64,000 nucleotides of DNA from an uncultured Gemmatimonadales bacterium (GCA_963795085.1 CAWCFX010000006.1:256001-320000), one strand, 5' to 3'. Counted from the first letter of the stretch, positions 50,396 through 60,113 are shown. The notes: generated by a model from the letters alone, not told the origin. Program-made: numbers and translations.

Positions 50396-51186
50396 GCGAG
50401 CACACCGACACACCGATGCAGGACCTCGCCGCCGCGTACGCGTTGGGGGCGCTGTCTCCGGAGGAAACCCGGGCCTTCGAGGCGTTCCTGGCCACTTCTC
50501 CGGACGCCCGGCGAGAGGTTGCGGAATACCGCGAGGTAAACGCGCTCCTGGCCGGCGCGGCGCCGGGCACCCAGCCCGACCTCGGCCTCAGGACGCGGGT
50601 GCTGGAGAACATTTCCGGCGCCAGGGCCGCTGCGCTCCCCTGGCCGGTGGCGCGTCGCCCGGTGCCCCCGGTTCTCCGGCTGGCCCTCGCCGCCAGCCTG
50701 CTGCTGGCGGCGTTGCTGGGGGGCGGTCTCTACCAGGCCCGGCAGTCACTCGCGGAGCGGGGCTCCGAGATGGACTCGGTGCGGAGCGCGCTGGCGGCGG
50801 TCCAAACCCGGCTGACCCAGCGGGAACAGACCCTGAACTGGATTCTCGAGCCAGGCATCGAGCTGAATACGCTGACCACCACCGGCACCGCCGAACCCAA
50901 GATCCAGTTCTTCGTGAACCGGGTCCGCAGGGTCGCGCTGGTCCATGCGTTCAACCTGGGCCCGGCGGACGCCGGGAAGGTCTACCAGCTCTGGTTCATC
51001 CAGGATGGGAAACCGGTCCCCTCCGTGACCTTCAATTCGGAGCCGGACGGCCACGCCCTCGTCCAGGACATCTCAGTGCCGGCGGGCGGCGGAATTTCCC
51101 ATGCCGCCGTCACCGTGGAGCCGGTCGGCGGTTCACCGGCGCCCACCTCGGCCATCGTCCTCATGGGGGCCCTCAAGTCTTCCTGA
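50392..51186 (+). CDS. RskA-family anti-sigma factor
   Basis: LAAAYALGALS, a single TM, YQLWFI and AVTVEP.GGS.APT. ATGA overlap with the sigma gene. Confidence 0.9.
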   Translation: MSEHTDTPMQDLAAAYALGALSPEETRAFEAFLATSPDARREVAEYREVNALLAGAAPGTQPDLGLRTRVLENISGARAAALPWPVARRPVPPVLRLALAASLLLAALLGGGLYQARQSLAERGSEMDSVRSALAAVQTRLTQREQTLNWILEPGIELNTLTTTGTAEPKIQFFVNRVRRVALVHAFNLGPADAGKVYQLWFIQDGKPVPSVTFNSEPDGHALVQDISVPAGGGISHAAVTVEPVGGSPAPTSAIVLMGALKSS

Positions 51187-51242
51187 GCGCCAGGCGGCGG
51201 GTGGCCCGGCCATTCCCCAGGCGATCGCGTTATCTTCCGAAA

Positions 51243-52037
51243 ATGATGAAGCCCGTTCTTGCCCTTGTATTCCTGCTGGCGCCAGGTCTCACCGCCCAGG
51301 TGCCCGCGGACCTGGCCCGCGAGCGGTCGCAATTCGCCGATTGGCTAATGACCGCGCCGAACTCGCCCCTGGTGGCACGGGCATTGGCGCCGATAGGGCC
51401 GGGCATCCGGGTGGGGCCGGAGGACGCGGAAGTGCCTTTCCCGGGGATGGATGCCAGGATCCGGGAATCGGGAGCCAGCGTGAATCTCGAGGGCTCGCCC
51501 GGTTCCCGCACGCTGCCGCGGCACCGGGTGACGACCATCGGCGTGGTCTCTTTTCATGTGTCCGGTACCCCCGGCCGATCCATCGTCACGGTGTACGGCG
51601 GCGACCGGGACAGCCAGCTTCCGACCTACTATCCGTACGATGGGACCAAGGTGTTCATCGGCCCCCTCCATCCCGCGGAGCCACGCCGGTTTCCGACCCT
51701 GGGCCTCGACGGGCTCGAGGTTGAGGCCACGGAGGTCGGAACCGTGGTCATTCCCGACAGCGGGGGCCCCGCCCGGCTCCGGGTCTATCGCATTCCTGAT
51801 CCGGGCGGCGAGGAATCCGAGCTGATGATCTATTTCCGCGATGGGACCAGCGGGAAAGGATCCTATCCGGCCGGCCGCTTCGTCAGCCTTCGTCCGCTTC
51901 CCAACGGCCAGTACCGACTGGACCTGAACCGGGCCCAGAATCCGTTCTGTGCGTACCGGACCGTGTATCCCTGTCCGGCGCCCTGGCCGGGCAACACCCT
52001 CACCATGGCGGTACGCGCGGGGGAGCGATACCAGTGA
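51243..52037 (+). CDS. DUF1684 domain protein
   Basis: FRDGTSGKGSYPAGRF, LDLNRAQNPFCAY, CP and VRAGER. Confidence 0.88.
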   Translation: MMKPVLALVFLLAPGLTAQVPADLARERSQFADWLMTAPNSPLVARALAPIGPGIRVGPEDAEVPFPGMDARIRESGASVNLEGSPGSRTLPRHRVTTIGVVSFHVSGTPGRSIVTVYGGDRDSQLPTYYPYDGTKVFIGPLHPAEPRRFPTLGLDGLEVEATEVGTVVIPDSGGPARLRVYRIPDPGGEESELMIYFRDGTSGKGSYPAGRFVSLRPLPNGQYRLDLNRAQNPFCAYRTVYPCPAPWPGNTLTMAVRAGERYQ

Positions 52038-53218
52038 GGGCCCTGCTGATCCTGGCCCTCTCCCTGGCGCCGGTCTCGCGGCTGCCCGCGCAGCAGGAGC
52101 AAACCTACCGCGGGGTGCTCGACCTGGCGGGGGGACCGCTCCGGTTCGGGCTTCGGGTTTCGACCGCCGGACCATCGGCGCTCTGCAACGGTTCTCGCTG
52201 TGAGCCGCTTCCGCCGGCCCGCATGGAGCACGATTCCCTGCACCTGGAGATTCCCGATTATGCCGCCACGATCACGGCCCGGGTAGCCGGGGATTCCCTG
52301 CTCGGCTCCTACCGGAACGTGGGGAACCGGGGTCCGCGAGTTATCCCGTTCCGGGCGGCGCGCGGGAACTGGCCCGTCGAGCCGGCTCCCCCGGCGTTGC
52401 TGGGCCGGTGGGATGCGGAGTGGCAACTCGACGGGCGCACCAGCCCGCGGGTCCTCGAGTTTCGCAACGTCCCCACCGGCCTCGAGGGGACCATCATTTC
52501 CAACACCGGGGACTACGGACTGTTCTGGGGCCGGGCGGAAGCCGACAGCTTCTCCATGGCCCATTTCGACGGTTCGTACGTCTATATGCTGACCGGGCGG
52601 CTCGACGGAGACACGCTTCGCGGGATCTTCCATGCCGGCCAGCGCACCCAGACGCCCTGGGCTGCGGTCCGGAGTAGCGGACGTCCCCACCTCAAGCGGC
52701 CCGACGAGATCACCCGGGCCGACACCTCGAGCGGCTTCCGGTTCCGTTTCCCCGACCTCGCGGGCACCGTGGTGACCGAGCAGGATGCGAGATTCCGCGG
52801 CAAGGTGCTGCTGGTGGACATCTTCGGCACCTGGTGTCCGACCTGCCACGACGCGGCGCCGGTCCTGACCGGCCTCTGGCAGAAGTATCACGGCCGGGGC
52901 CTGGAGATCGTCGGCCTGGCCTATGAGGTCACGGGCGACCCGGTGGCGGACGGCAAGCAGCTTCGGATCTATCAGGAGAAGTTCGGGATCCCGTTTCCGC
53001 TCCTGCTGGCGGGGATCAACGACACCGAAGCGGCCGCCGCGACGCAACCGCAGCTGGAAGGATTTACTTCGTTCCCCACCTCGATTTTCATCGGGCGGGA
53101 CGGCAGGGTCCGGAAGGTGCACGCCGGCTTTTACGGCCCCGCCATGGGCGCCGCCCATGCCAACCTGGTGCGGGAGTTTGAGACCACCATCGAGCAACTG
53201 CTGGCCGAGCCGCATTGA
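52034..53218 (+). CDS. TlpA-like thiol-disulfide reductase with N-terminal beta domains
   Basis: Signal peptide, GKVLLVDIFGTWCPTC and FPTSIFIGRDG. Confidence 0.88.
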   Translation: MRALLILALSLAPVSRLPAQQEQTYRGVLDLAGGPLRFGLRVSTAGPSALCNGSRCEPLPPARMEHDSLHLEIPDYAATITARVAGDSLLGSYRNVGNRGPRVIPFRAARGNWPVEPAPPALLGRWDAEWQLDGRTSPRVLEFRNVPTGLEGTIISNTGDYGLFWGRAEADSFSMAHFDGSYVYMLTGRLDGDTLRGIFHAGQRTQTPWAAVRSSGRPHLKRPDEITRADTSSGFRFRFPDLAGTVVTEQDARFRGKVLLVDIFGTWCPTCHDAAPVLTGLWQKYHGRGLEIVGLAYEVTGDPVADGKQLRIYQEKFGIPFPLLLAGINDTEAAAATQPQLEGFTSFPTSIFIGRDGRVRKVHAGFYGPAMGAAHANLVREFETTIEQLLAEPH

Positions 53219-53324
53219 CGGGCCGGTGCACCTCGCCGCCTGCCGTTCCATATCCCCTTCCCCGCAACTACTTTACCCCTCTGGAATCCGACCCTTCAAT
53301 CGCCTTCACCGGCGAGAAAGTCCG

Positions 53325-54245
53325 ATGGCCGCACCCCTGGTTCAGTTGACCCGCTCTTCTTCCCCGACGAGCCCCGCCCCTGCCCCGCTGGTCCGCAAGC
53401 CCAGCTGGCTCAAGGTCAAGGCGCCTGGTGGCCCTAACTACGTGCGGCTCAAGGCGTTAATGCGGGAACTCAACCTTCACACGGTATGCGAGGAAGCCCG
53501 CTGTCCCAACATCGGTGAATGCTGGGACCACAAGGCGGCGACCTTCATGATCCTGGGGGACGTGTGCACTCGGAACTGCGCCTACTGCGCGGTCGCCCAT
53601 GGCACGCCAGCGCCTTTTGATCCGGTTGAACCGGTCCGGCTGGCGGAAGCCGTCGCGCAGATGGGGCTGCAGCACGTGGTGATCACTTCGGTGGACCGCG
53701 ACGACCTGCCGAATGGCGGTGCCGAAGCGTTCGCCCGTTGCATCACCGAGATCAAGCAGCGCCTCCCGGAAACCAGCGTCGAGGTCCTGATTCCCGATTT
53801 CAAGGGGTCCGACCGGGCCCTCCAGATCGTGATGGATGCCCGCCCCGACATCCTCAATCACAACCTGGAGACGGCCGAGCGGCTCTACCGGCTGGCGCGG
53901 CCGGGGGGCCGGTATGAGCGGGCCATCCGGCTGCTGGCCCGGGCCCGGGCGATGGTCCCGGATGGCCTTACCAAGAGCGGCGTGATCCTGGGAATGGGCG
54001 AAGAGTGGGACGAGGTGCTCACCTGCATGCGGGACCTGCGGGCCAGCGACGTCGATATCCTGACGCTGGGCCAGTACCTGCGGCCCTCGGACGGCCACCT
54101 TCCCGTCGTGCGGTATTACACGCCGGAGGAGTTCGCCGAGCTGGAGCGCATCGGCCTCCGCCTGGGTTTCCGCCATGTTCAGGCCAGCCCGCTGACCCGC
54201 TCCTCGTATCATGCATGGGAGCAGGTCAAAGCGATTTCAGATTGA
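53325..54245 (+). CDS. lipA: Lipoyl synthase
   Basis: CEEARCPNIGEC, CTRNCAYC and RSSY. Confidence 0.97.
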   Translation: MAAPLVQLTRSSSPTSPAPAPLVRKPSWLKVKAPGGPNYVRLKALMRELNLHTVCEEARCPNIGECWDHKAATFMILGDVCTRNCAYCAVAHGTPAPFDPVEPVRLAEAVAQMGLQHVVITSVDRDDLPNGGAEAFARCITEIKQRLPETSVEVLIPDFKGSDRALQIVMDARPDILNHNLETAERLYRLARPGGRYERAIRLLARARAMVPDGLTKSGVILGMGEEWDEVLTCMRDLRASDVDILTLGQYLRPSDGHLPVVRYYTPEEFAELERIGLRLGFRHVQASPLTRSSYHAWEQVKAISD

Positions 54246-54281
54246 AGATTTGAGATTTCAGATTGAAGTCCAATCTGAAAT
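54233..54281. repeat. Heptamer tandem repeat (GATTTCA/GATTGAA-type, 5 units) ending in an 11-bp hairpin
   Basis: gatttca gattgaa gatttga gatttca gattgaa. ATTTCAGATTG (54255-54265) pairs with CAATCTGAAAT (54271-54281). Confidence 0.8.
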
Positions 54282-54311
54282 TCGCCAACCTGGAATTTCC
54301 ACTGGGGGATT

Positions 54312-55328
54312 ATGGCAGGTACCAAGACGCAGCCGAAGAAGGCCGACAGCGCAACCGCCGAGGAACACCGGAGCTACCTGCGGAAGATGCTCCTGATCCG
54401 GCGTTTCGAGGAAAAGGCCGGCGAGGCGTACAGCCTGGGAAAGATCGGCGGTTTCTGCCACTTGTATATCGGGCAGGAAGCGGTGGCGGTGGGCAGCATG
54501 GCCTCGCTTCGCACCGACGATTACATCACCTGCTCCTATCGCGAGCATGGCCAGGCGCTGGCCCGGGGGATCAGCGCGCGGGCGGTGATGTCGGAACTGT
54601 TCGGCAAGGCGCCGGGGACGTCGGGCGGCAAGGGGGGCTCGATGCACATCTTCGACGCCAGCCTCGGATTCCTGGGCGGGCACGGCATTGTGGGCGGGCA
54701 CATCCCGCTGACGACCGGGATGGCCTTCGCAGCGAAATACAACGAGACCGACCAGGTCGGAGTCTGTTATTTCGGCGAAGCGGCCGTCAACCAGGGGGCC
54801 TTTCACGAGGCCCTGAACATGGCGGCGCTCTGGAAACTGCCGGCGATCTACATCTGCGAGAACAACCGCTACGGCATGGGGACCGCTCTCGAGCGGGCCA
54901 GCGCGATCTACGACATCTCGGAGCGGGCCTGCAGCTACGACATGGCCAACGAAGTCGTGGACGGGCAGGACGTGCTGGCCGTGAAGAGCGCGATGGACCG
55001 GGCGGTGGCCCGGGCGCGGACCGACACGCTGCCGACGCTGCTCGAGATCCGGACTTACCGCTTCGTGGGCCATTCCATGTCGGACCCCATCCACGGCCAC
55101 TACCGCACCAAGGAAGAGGTCGAGGAACATCGCAAGCGGGATCCCATCGCACTCTGGTCGAAGCACCTGATCGACACCGGGACCATGGACGAGGCCGCCA
55201 TCAAGGCGATGGACGCCGAGGTCCTGGCCGAGGTCGAGGATGCCTACCAGTTCGCGGAGACGGCCCCCGACCCGGAGCCGGACGCCCTGTGGACCGATGT
55301 CTACGCGCCTCACACCGACGACGAATAA
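54312..55328 (+). CDS. pdhA: Pyruvate dehydrogenase E1 alpha
   Basis: GFCHLYIGQEA, GKGGSMH, ENNRYGMGT and YRFVGHSMSDP. Confidence 0.96.
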   Translation: MAGTKTQPKKADSATAEEHRSYLRKMLLIRRFEEKAGEAYSLGKIGGFCHLYIGQEAVAVGSMASLRTDDYITCSYREHGQALARGISARAVMSELFGKAPGTSGGKGGSMHIFDASLGFLGGHGIVGGHIPLTTGMAFAAKYNETDQVGVCYFGEAAVNQGAFHEALNMAALWKLPAIYICENNRYGMGTALERASAIYDISERACSYDMANEVVDGQDVLAVKSAMDRAVARARTDTLPTLLEIRTYRFVGHSMSDPIHGHYRTKEEVEEHRKRDPIALWSKHLIDTGTMDEAAIKAMDAEVLAEVEDAYQFAETAPDPEPDALWTDVYAPHTDDE

Positions 55329-55329
55329 C

Positions 55330-56310
55330 ATGGCTGTCATAACATACCGCGACGCCCTGAACCAGGCGCTCCGCGAAGAGATGCAGCGGGACCCCAGGGT
55401 CTTCCTCATGGGTGAGGAAGTCGGGGTTTACCAGGGTGCCTACAAGGTCAGCCGTGGGCTCCTGGAGGAGTTCGGACCGATGCGGGTGGTGGACACGCCG
55501 ATCACCGAACTGGGGTTCACCGGGGTCGGGGTGGGCGCCGCGATGGTAGGGCTGCGTCCGGTCATCGAAATGATGACGTTCAATTTCGCCCTGCTGGCCA
55601 TGGACCAGATCATCAACTCGGCGGCCAAGATGCGTTACATGTCGGGCGGCCAGGTGGGCGTGCCCATGGTGGTGCGCGGTCCCGGCGGTTCCGCGCTGCA
55701 GCTAGGCTCCCAACACTCGCAGGCCTTCGAGTCGCACTATGCCCATATCCCCGGGCTCAAGGTGGTCATGCCGGCGACCCCGGCCGATGCCAAGGGGCTG
55801 CTCAAGAGCGCGATCCGGGACGAGAACCCGGTCATCTTCATCGAAGGCGAGATGCTCTACAACACCAAGGGCGAGGTGCCGGACGAGGAATACACCATTC
55901 CCCTGGGCTCGGCCGAAGTGAAACGGGAGGGGACTGACGTCACCATCGTGTGCCACTCCAAGACGGTTGCCATCGCCCTCAAGGCGGCCGAGCAGCTGGC
56001 GGAGGAGAATATCTCGGCCGAGGTCGTGGACCTGCGGACCATCCGGCCGATGGACGAGGCGACGGTACTCGCGTCGGTCGCCAAGACCCACCGCTGCGTG
56101 GTGGCCGAAGAGGGATGGCCTTTCGCCGGCGTGGGCGCCCAGGTGGTGGACACCATCCAGCGGGAGGCATTCGACGAGCTGGACGCTCCTGTCATCCGGG
56201 TGACCGGCGCCGATGTCCCCATGCCGTACAACAAGGTGCTGGAACGCGCGGCGAAGGTGGATTCGGCCAAAGTGGCCGCGGCGGTGAAGCAGGTGCTCTA
56301 CCTCGACTAG
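55330..56310 (+). CDS. pdhB: Pyruvate dehydrogenase E1 beta
   Basis: MGEEVG, DTPITE, QHSQ and VDLRTIRP. Confidence 0.96.
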   Translation: MAVITYRDALNQALREEMQRDPRVFLMGEEVGVYQGAYKVSRGLLEEFGPMRVVDTPITELGFTGVGVGAAMVGLRPVIEMMTFNFALLAMDQIINSAAKMRYMSGGQVGVPMVVRGPGGSALQLGSQHSQAFESHYAHIPGLKVVMPATPADAKGLLKSAIRDENPVIFIEGEMLYNTKGEVPDEEYTIPLGSAEVKREGTDVTIVCHSKTVAIALKAAEQLAEENISAEVVDLRTIRPMDEATVLASVAKTHRCVVAEEGWPFAGVGAQVVDTIQREAFDELDAPVIRVTGADVPMPYNKVLERAAKVDSAKVAAAVKQVLYLD

Positions 56311-56352
56311 GCGGCAGGCGGACTGGCCGCACAACCGGAAATGTGCTGATCA

Positions 56353-57654
56353 ATGGCAACTAAAGTCGTAATGGAGGCGCTCTCGCCCACGATGGAAGAA
56401 GGGCGCCTGGTCGAGTGGAAGAAGAAGGAAGGCGACAAGGTCGCCCAGGGCGATGTCCTCGCCGAGGTGGAGACGGACAAGGCGGTCATGGAACTGGTAG
56501 CCCGGGCGGACGGCGTGATGCTCAAGCACATGGTGGCCGAAGGCACCACGGTTCCGGTCTCCAACCTCGTTGCGGTAATCGGCCAGCAGGGTGAGGATAT
56601 TTCCGGCCTCGCCGGGGGCGACGGGGGCAGCGCGCCCGCCCAGCCCACGCCGCCCGCCGAAAAGCCCAAGGCCGGCCCTCCCGCAGGTCCCAAGGGGGAG
56701 CAGGCCACCCAGAAACCGGAGCACATCCAGGCCGGCGCGGCCGTCCCGATGCCCGCGGAAGCCGGAGGCGAGGATTCGGCGCCGGCGCCCCAGCCCCGCG
56801 CCGCCGATGGAGGCCGGGTCAAGGCTTCGCCGCTGGCCCGGAAGATCGCGGAGGAGCGAGGGCTTGACCTGCGGGAGGTCACCGGCTCGGGGCCGGAGGG
56901 CCGCGTGATCCGCCGCGACCTGGACCAGGCGGTGGCCCGACCCTCCGCCGGGCCGGCCAGGGCAGCGGGACAGCCGTATCAGGACGTCCCGGTGACTCAG
57001 ATCCGCAAGACCATCGCCCGGCGGCTTGCCCAGTCCATCGGGCCGGTGCCCACGTTCTACCTCACGGCTGAGGTGGACATGGAACGGGCGTGGGACGCCC
57101 GCACGGCGCTCAAGGCGCTGGGGCCGGAAGGCGACGTCTCCTTCAACGACATCATCATCAAGGCGACCGCGACGGCCCTCAAGCAGCATCCCAACTGCAA
57201 CGCCTGGTGGCAGGACGACCACATTCGGGTGTGGCACGAGGTCCATGTCGCGATGGCGGTCGCCATCGAGGACGGCCTGATCACGCCGGTCATCCGGGAT
57301 GCCGACCTCAAGTCGCTGCGACAGATCGCCGCCGAGTCGAAAGACCTGGCCGGACGGGCCCGGGACCGGAAGCTGAAGCCCGAGGAATACACCGGCTCCA
57401 CCTTCTCGGTTTCCAACCTCGGCATGTTCGGGATCGACGAGTTCACGGCGATCATCAACCCGCCGGAGGCCGGCATCCTGGCGATCGGCGCGATTACCCC
57501 GAAGGTGGTCGTGGTGGACAACCAGCCGGTGGTACGGCGGCGGCTCAGGATCACCATGTCCTGCGATCACCGGGTGATTGACGGGGCGAGCGGCGCCCAG
57601 TTCCTCAAGACGCTGCGGACGCTGCTGGAGAACCCGCTGGCGATGGTGTGGTAG
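56353..57654 (+). CDS. pdhC: Pyruvate dehydrogenase E2 dihydrolipoamide acetyltransferase
   Basis: Single lipoyl domain (ETDKA), E3-binding ASPLARK and DHRVIDG. Confidence 0.96.
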   Translation: MATKVVMEALSPTMEEGRLVEWKKKEGDKVAQGDVLAEVETDKAVMELVARADGVMLKHMVAEGTTVPVSNLVAVIGQQGEDISGLAGGDGGSAPAQPTPPAEKPKAGPPAGPKGEQATQKPEHIQAGAAVPMPAEAGGEDSAPAPQPRAADGGRVKASPLARKIAEERGLDLREVTGSGPEGRVIRRDLDQAVARPSAGPARAAGQPYQDVPVTQIRKTIARRLAQSIGPVPTFYLTAEVDMERAWDARTALKALGPEGDVSFNDIIIKATATALKQHPNCNAWWQDDHIRVWHEVHVAMAVAIEDGLITPVIRDADLKSLRQIAAESKDLAGRARDRKLKPEEYTGSTFSVSNLGMFGIDEFTAIINPPEAGILAIGAITPKVVVVDNQPVVRRRLRITMSCDHRVIDGASGAQFLKTLRTLLENPLAMVW

Positions 57655-57723
57655 GGACCTTCGGGACAGGGTTTCCCTGCCGCTGTGCCCCTCGGCGGAC
57701 CACGAGTGAGGTCGGGCTGTCAG

Positions 57724-58070
57724 GCGCGGCCTGAGGCCTCCGCCCCCTATTGGGGGAATATCGGTCCTCGGGATGATCGAGTGGTAACCCGGATTACGCG
57801 GGCGCCAGCAAAGCAGCGCAAGGGCCACAGGGCCGAGTCAGCGGGCGAGTGGGAGCGCGCGGCCTGAGGCCTCCGCCCCTATTGGGGGAATATCGGTCCT
57901 CGGGATGATCGAGTGGTAACCCGGATTACGCGGCCGCCAGCAATGCAGCGCAAGGGCCACGGGGCCGGGTCAGGGGGGCGAGTGGGAACCCGTGGCTTGA
58001 GGCCTTCGCCTCAATTGGGGGAATATCGGCCCCCGCCATGCTCGAGTGGCAACCCGGACCGTGCGGCAGG
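57724..58070. repeat. Intergenic ~133-bp tandem repeat, about 2.6 copies (REP/BIME-like)
   Basis: TGAGGCCT(C/T)CGCC....TTGGGGGAATATCGG occurs at 57732, 57865 and 57998. Copies 1 and 2 are nearly identical, and copy 3 is diverged and partial. Confidence 0.9.
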
Positions 58071-58177
58071 GAGCCAACCCCCGCGGCGCGGCACCGTCCG
58101 GTTTGCTTGCGGGGCTCCGCGGGATCCGGGCGGATCGACGAGGTTCCAGTGATTGCGACACTTCAAGCGAGGTTACC

Positions 58178-59569
58178 GTGGCAAGCTTCGATGTGATTGT
58201 GGTGGGTGGCGGGCCGGCTGGGTACGTCTGCGCGATTCGGGCCGCCCAGCTGGGCCTGGCCACGGCGGTGGTCGAGAAGGACAGGCTCGGCGGGGTGTGC
58301 GTGAACATCGGCTGTATCCCCACCAAGGCGCTGCTGCAGAGCGCCCTCATCGCGAACATGGTTCGCCACCAGGCGGCGGAATTCGGGATCACCACCGGAG
58401 AGGTGAAGACCGACTACGGTGTCGCCATGAAGCGCTCCCGCAAGGTGGCGGAGCAGAACTCGAAGGGCGTCGAGTTCCTCATGAAGAAGCACAAGGTGAC
58501 GGTGCTCAAGGGCACCGGCGTGCTCCAGCAGGGCCGAAAGGTGAAGGTCGGAAACGACGTCCACGAGGCCAGAAAAGCCGTGGTCATCGCGACCGGGTCC
58601 CGGGTCAAGGGTATCCCGCAGATCGGCCTGGAGCTGAACGGAACAACCGTGATCAGCTCGGACGAGGCGTTGTTCATGGAAAAAGCGCCGGCCACCCTGG
58701 CGATTGTGGGTGCCGGCGCGGTAGGCTGCGAATTCGCCGACGTCTTCAATGCGTTCGGGACCAAGGTCACGCTCATCGAAGCCCTGCCCCGGATCCTGCC
58801 GCTGGAGGACGCCGAATCGAGCGACGTGGTCGCCAAGAGCTATAAGAAGCGGGGAATCGAGGTGCGGGCCGGAGCGAAAGTGAAGAAGGCCACCGTGGCC
58901 AACCAGGTCACCCTGGAGGTTGAATCGGGCGGAAAGACCGAGACGATCACCGTGGACCACGTACTGATGGCCGCGGGCCGGGCCGTCAATACCGAGGGCA
59001 TGGGGTTCAAGGAGGCCGGCGTGCAGCTGACCGACCGGGGATTCGTCCAGGTCAACCTCGCCACCCTGGAGACCACCGCCAAGGGCGTCTACTGCATCGG
59101 CGACGTGGCCGGTCCCCCGATGCTGGCCCACAAGGGCAGCCGGGAGGGTGTGAACGTGGCCGAAATCATCGCCGGGCACACGCCGCATCCCATCAAGTAC
59201 GATAATGTGCCGAGTGTGACGTACTGTCACCCCGAGGTGGCCAGCATCGGGATGACCGAGGACCAGGCGAAGGAGAACAAGCTGGACTACCAGGTCGGCC
59301 GTTTTCCGTTCTCCGCCAACGGCCGGGCCCGTACGGCGGGCGAGACCGAGGGCTTCGTCAAGATCATCCGCGACAAGAAGTACGGCGAGATCCTCGGGGC
59401 CCACATCGTCGGCAGCCATGCCTCGGAGATCATCCACGAGCTGACGGTGGCCCGCGAGAACGAATACACGGTCGAGGAGGTGGATCTCGCCATCCACGCC
59501 CACCCGACCCTGTCGGAAGCCGTGGCGGAAGCCTGCCTCGATTCGATGGGGAGGGTGATACACATCTGA
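58178..59569 (+). CDS. lpdA: Dihydrolipoyl dehydrogenase (E3)
   Basis: GGGPAG, GGVCVNIGCIP, GAGAVG and HAHPTLSE. Confidence 0.97.
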   Translation: MASFDVIVVGGGPAGYVCAIRAAQLGLATAVVEKDRLGGVCVNIGCIPTKALLQSALIANMVRHQAAEFGITTGEVKTDYGVAMKRSRKVAEQNSKGVEFLMKKHKVTVLKGTGVLQQGRKVKVGNDVHEARKAVVIATGSRVKGIPQIGLELNGTTVISSDEALFMEKAPATLAIVGAGAVGCEFADVFNAFGTKVTLIEALPRILPLEDAESSDVVAKSYKKRGIEVRAGAKVKKATVANQVTLEVESGGKTETITVDHVLMAAGRAVNTEGMGFKEAGVQLTDRGFVQVNLATLETTAKGVYCIGDVAGPPMLAHKGSREGVNVAEIIAGHTPHPIKYDNVPSVTYCHPEVASIGMTEDQAKENKLDYQVGRFPFSANGRARTAGETEGFVKIIRDKKYGEILGAHIVGSHASEIIHELTVARENEYTVEEVDLAIHAHPTLSEAVAEACLDSMGRVIHI

Positions 59570-59639
59570 ATTGAGGGAATTGAGGGAATTGAAGGAATTG
59601 AGGGAATTGAAGGAATTGAGGGAATTGAAAGGATTGGAG
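59568..59639. repeat. 9-bp tandem repeat GAATTGA(G/A)G, 7 copies plus one degenerate
   Basis: Read directly from the sequence. It begins inside the lpdA stop codon. Confidence 0.92.
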
Positions 59640-59645
59640 CGCACC

Positions 59646-60113
59646 ATGAGCGTGAACGGGCCGGCGGACTCCTCGAGTTCCGGAGACTCCGTCAACTCCC
59701 AGGATCTCGTCCCGCTCGCCGTCTCGACCATTGGCCTGGCGATCATGCTGGGCACCGCGATCATGGCGGTGTTCCTGCTCTTCAACCGCTCGATGGTCGA
59801 GACCCTGCCGGTCACCCCTTCCGCCCAACCCGATGTGAACCAGCCCGCCGCCACCATGCTGATGGTGGGGGTGATGGCGACATTGCTCGTCCCCATGCTC
59901 ACGGCGTGGGGCCTGCTCGCACCAATCACCGTGCTCTACCGGCGCTTCGGGTTCGCCATGGTGAGCGGCCTGGGCGCCCTCGGCGTCTCCCTCGTGGCCG
60001 TCCCCGCGTACGAAATCATGGGTATCCGGGGGCTGTGGGGACTCCTGGCCGCCTCCAGCCTGGCCGGTCTCATGTTCGCCCTCAAGGTGAGAGCACAGCG
60101 GTCCCCGCGGTGA
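59646..60113 (+). CDS. Hypothetical membrane protein (about 4 TM)
   Basis: ATG 59646 follows GGAG. Hydrophobic segments. GTGA overlap with lipB. Confidence 0.65.
   Translation: MSVNGPADSSSSGDSVNSQDLVPLAVSTIGLAIMLGTAIMAVFLLFNRSMVETLPVTPSAQPDVNQPAATMLMVGVMATLLVPMLTAWGLLAPITVLYRRFGFAMVSGLGALGVSLVAVPAYEIMGIRGLWGLLAASSLAGLMFALKVRAQRSPR

Noticed and set aside
57724..58070. CRISPR array
   Set aside because: The would-be spacers are near-identical, the period is 133 bp, and there are no cas genes in the window.
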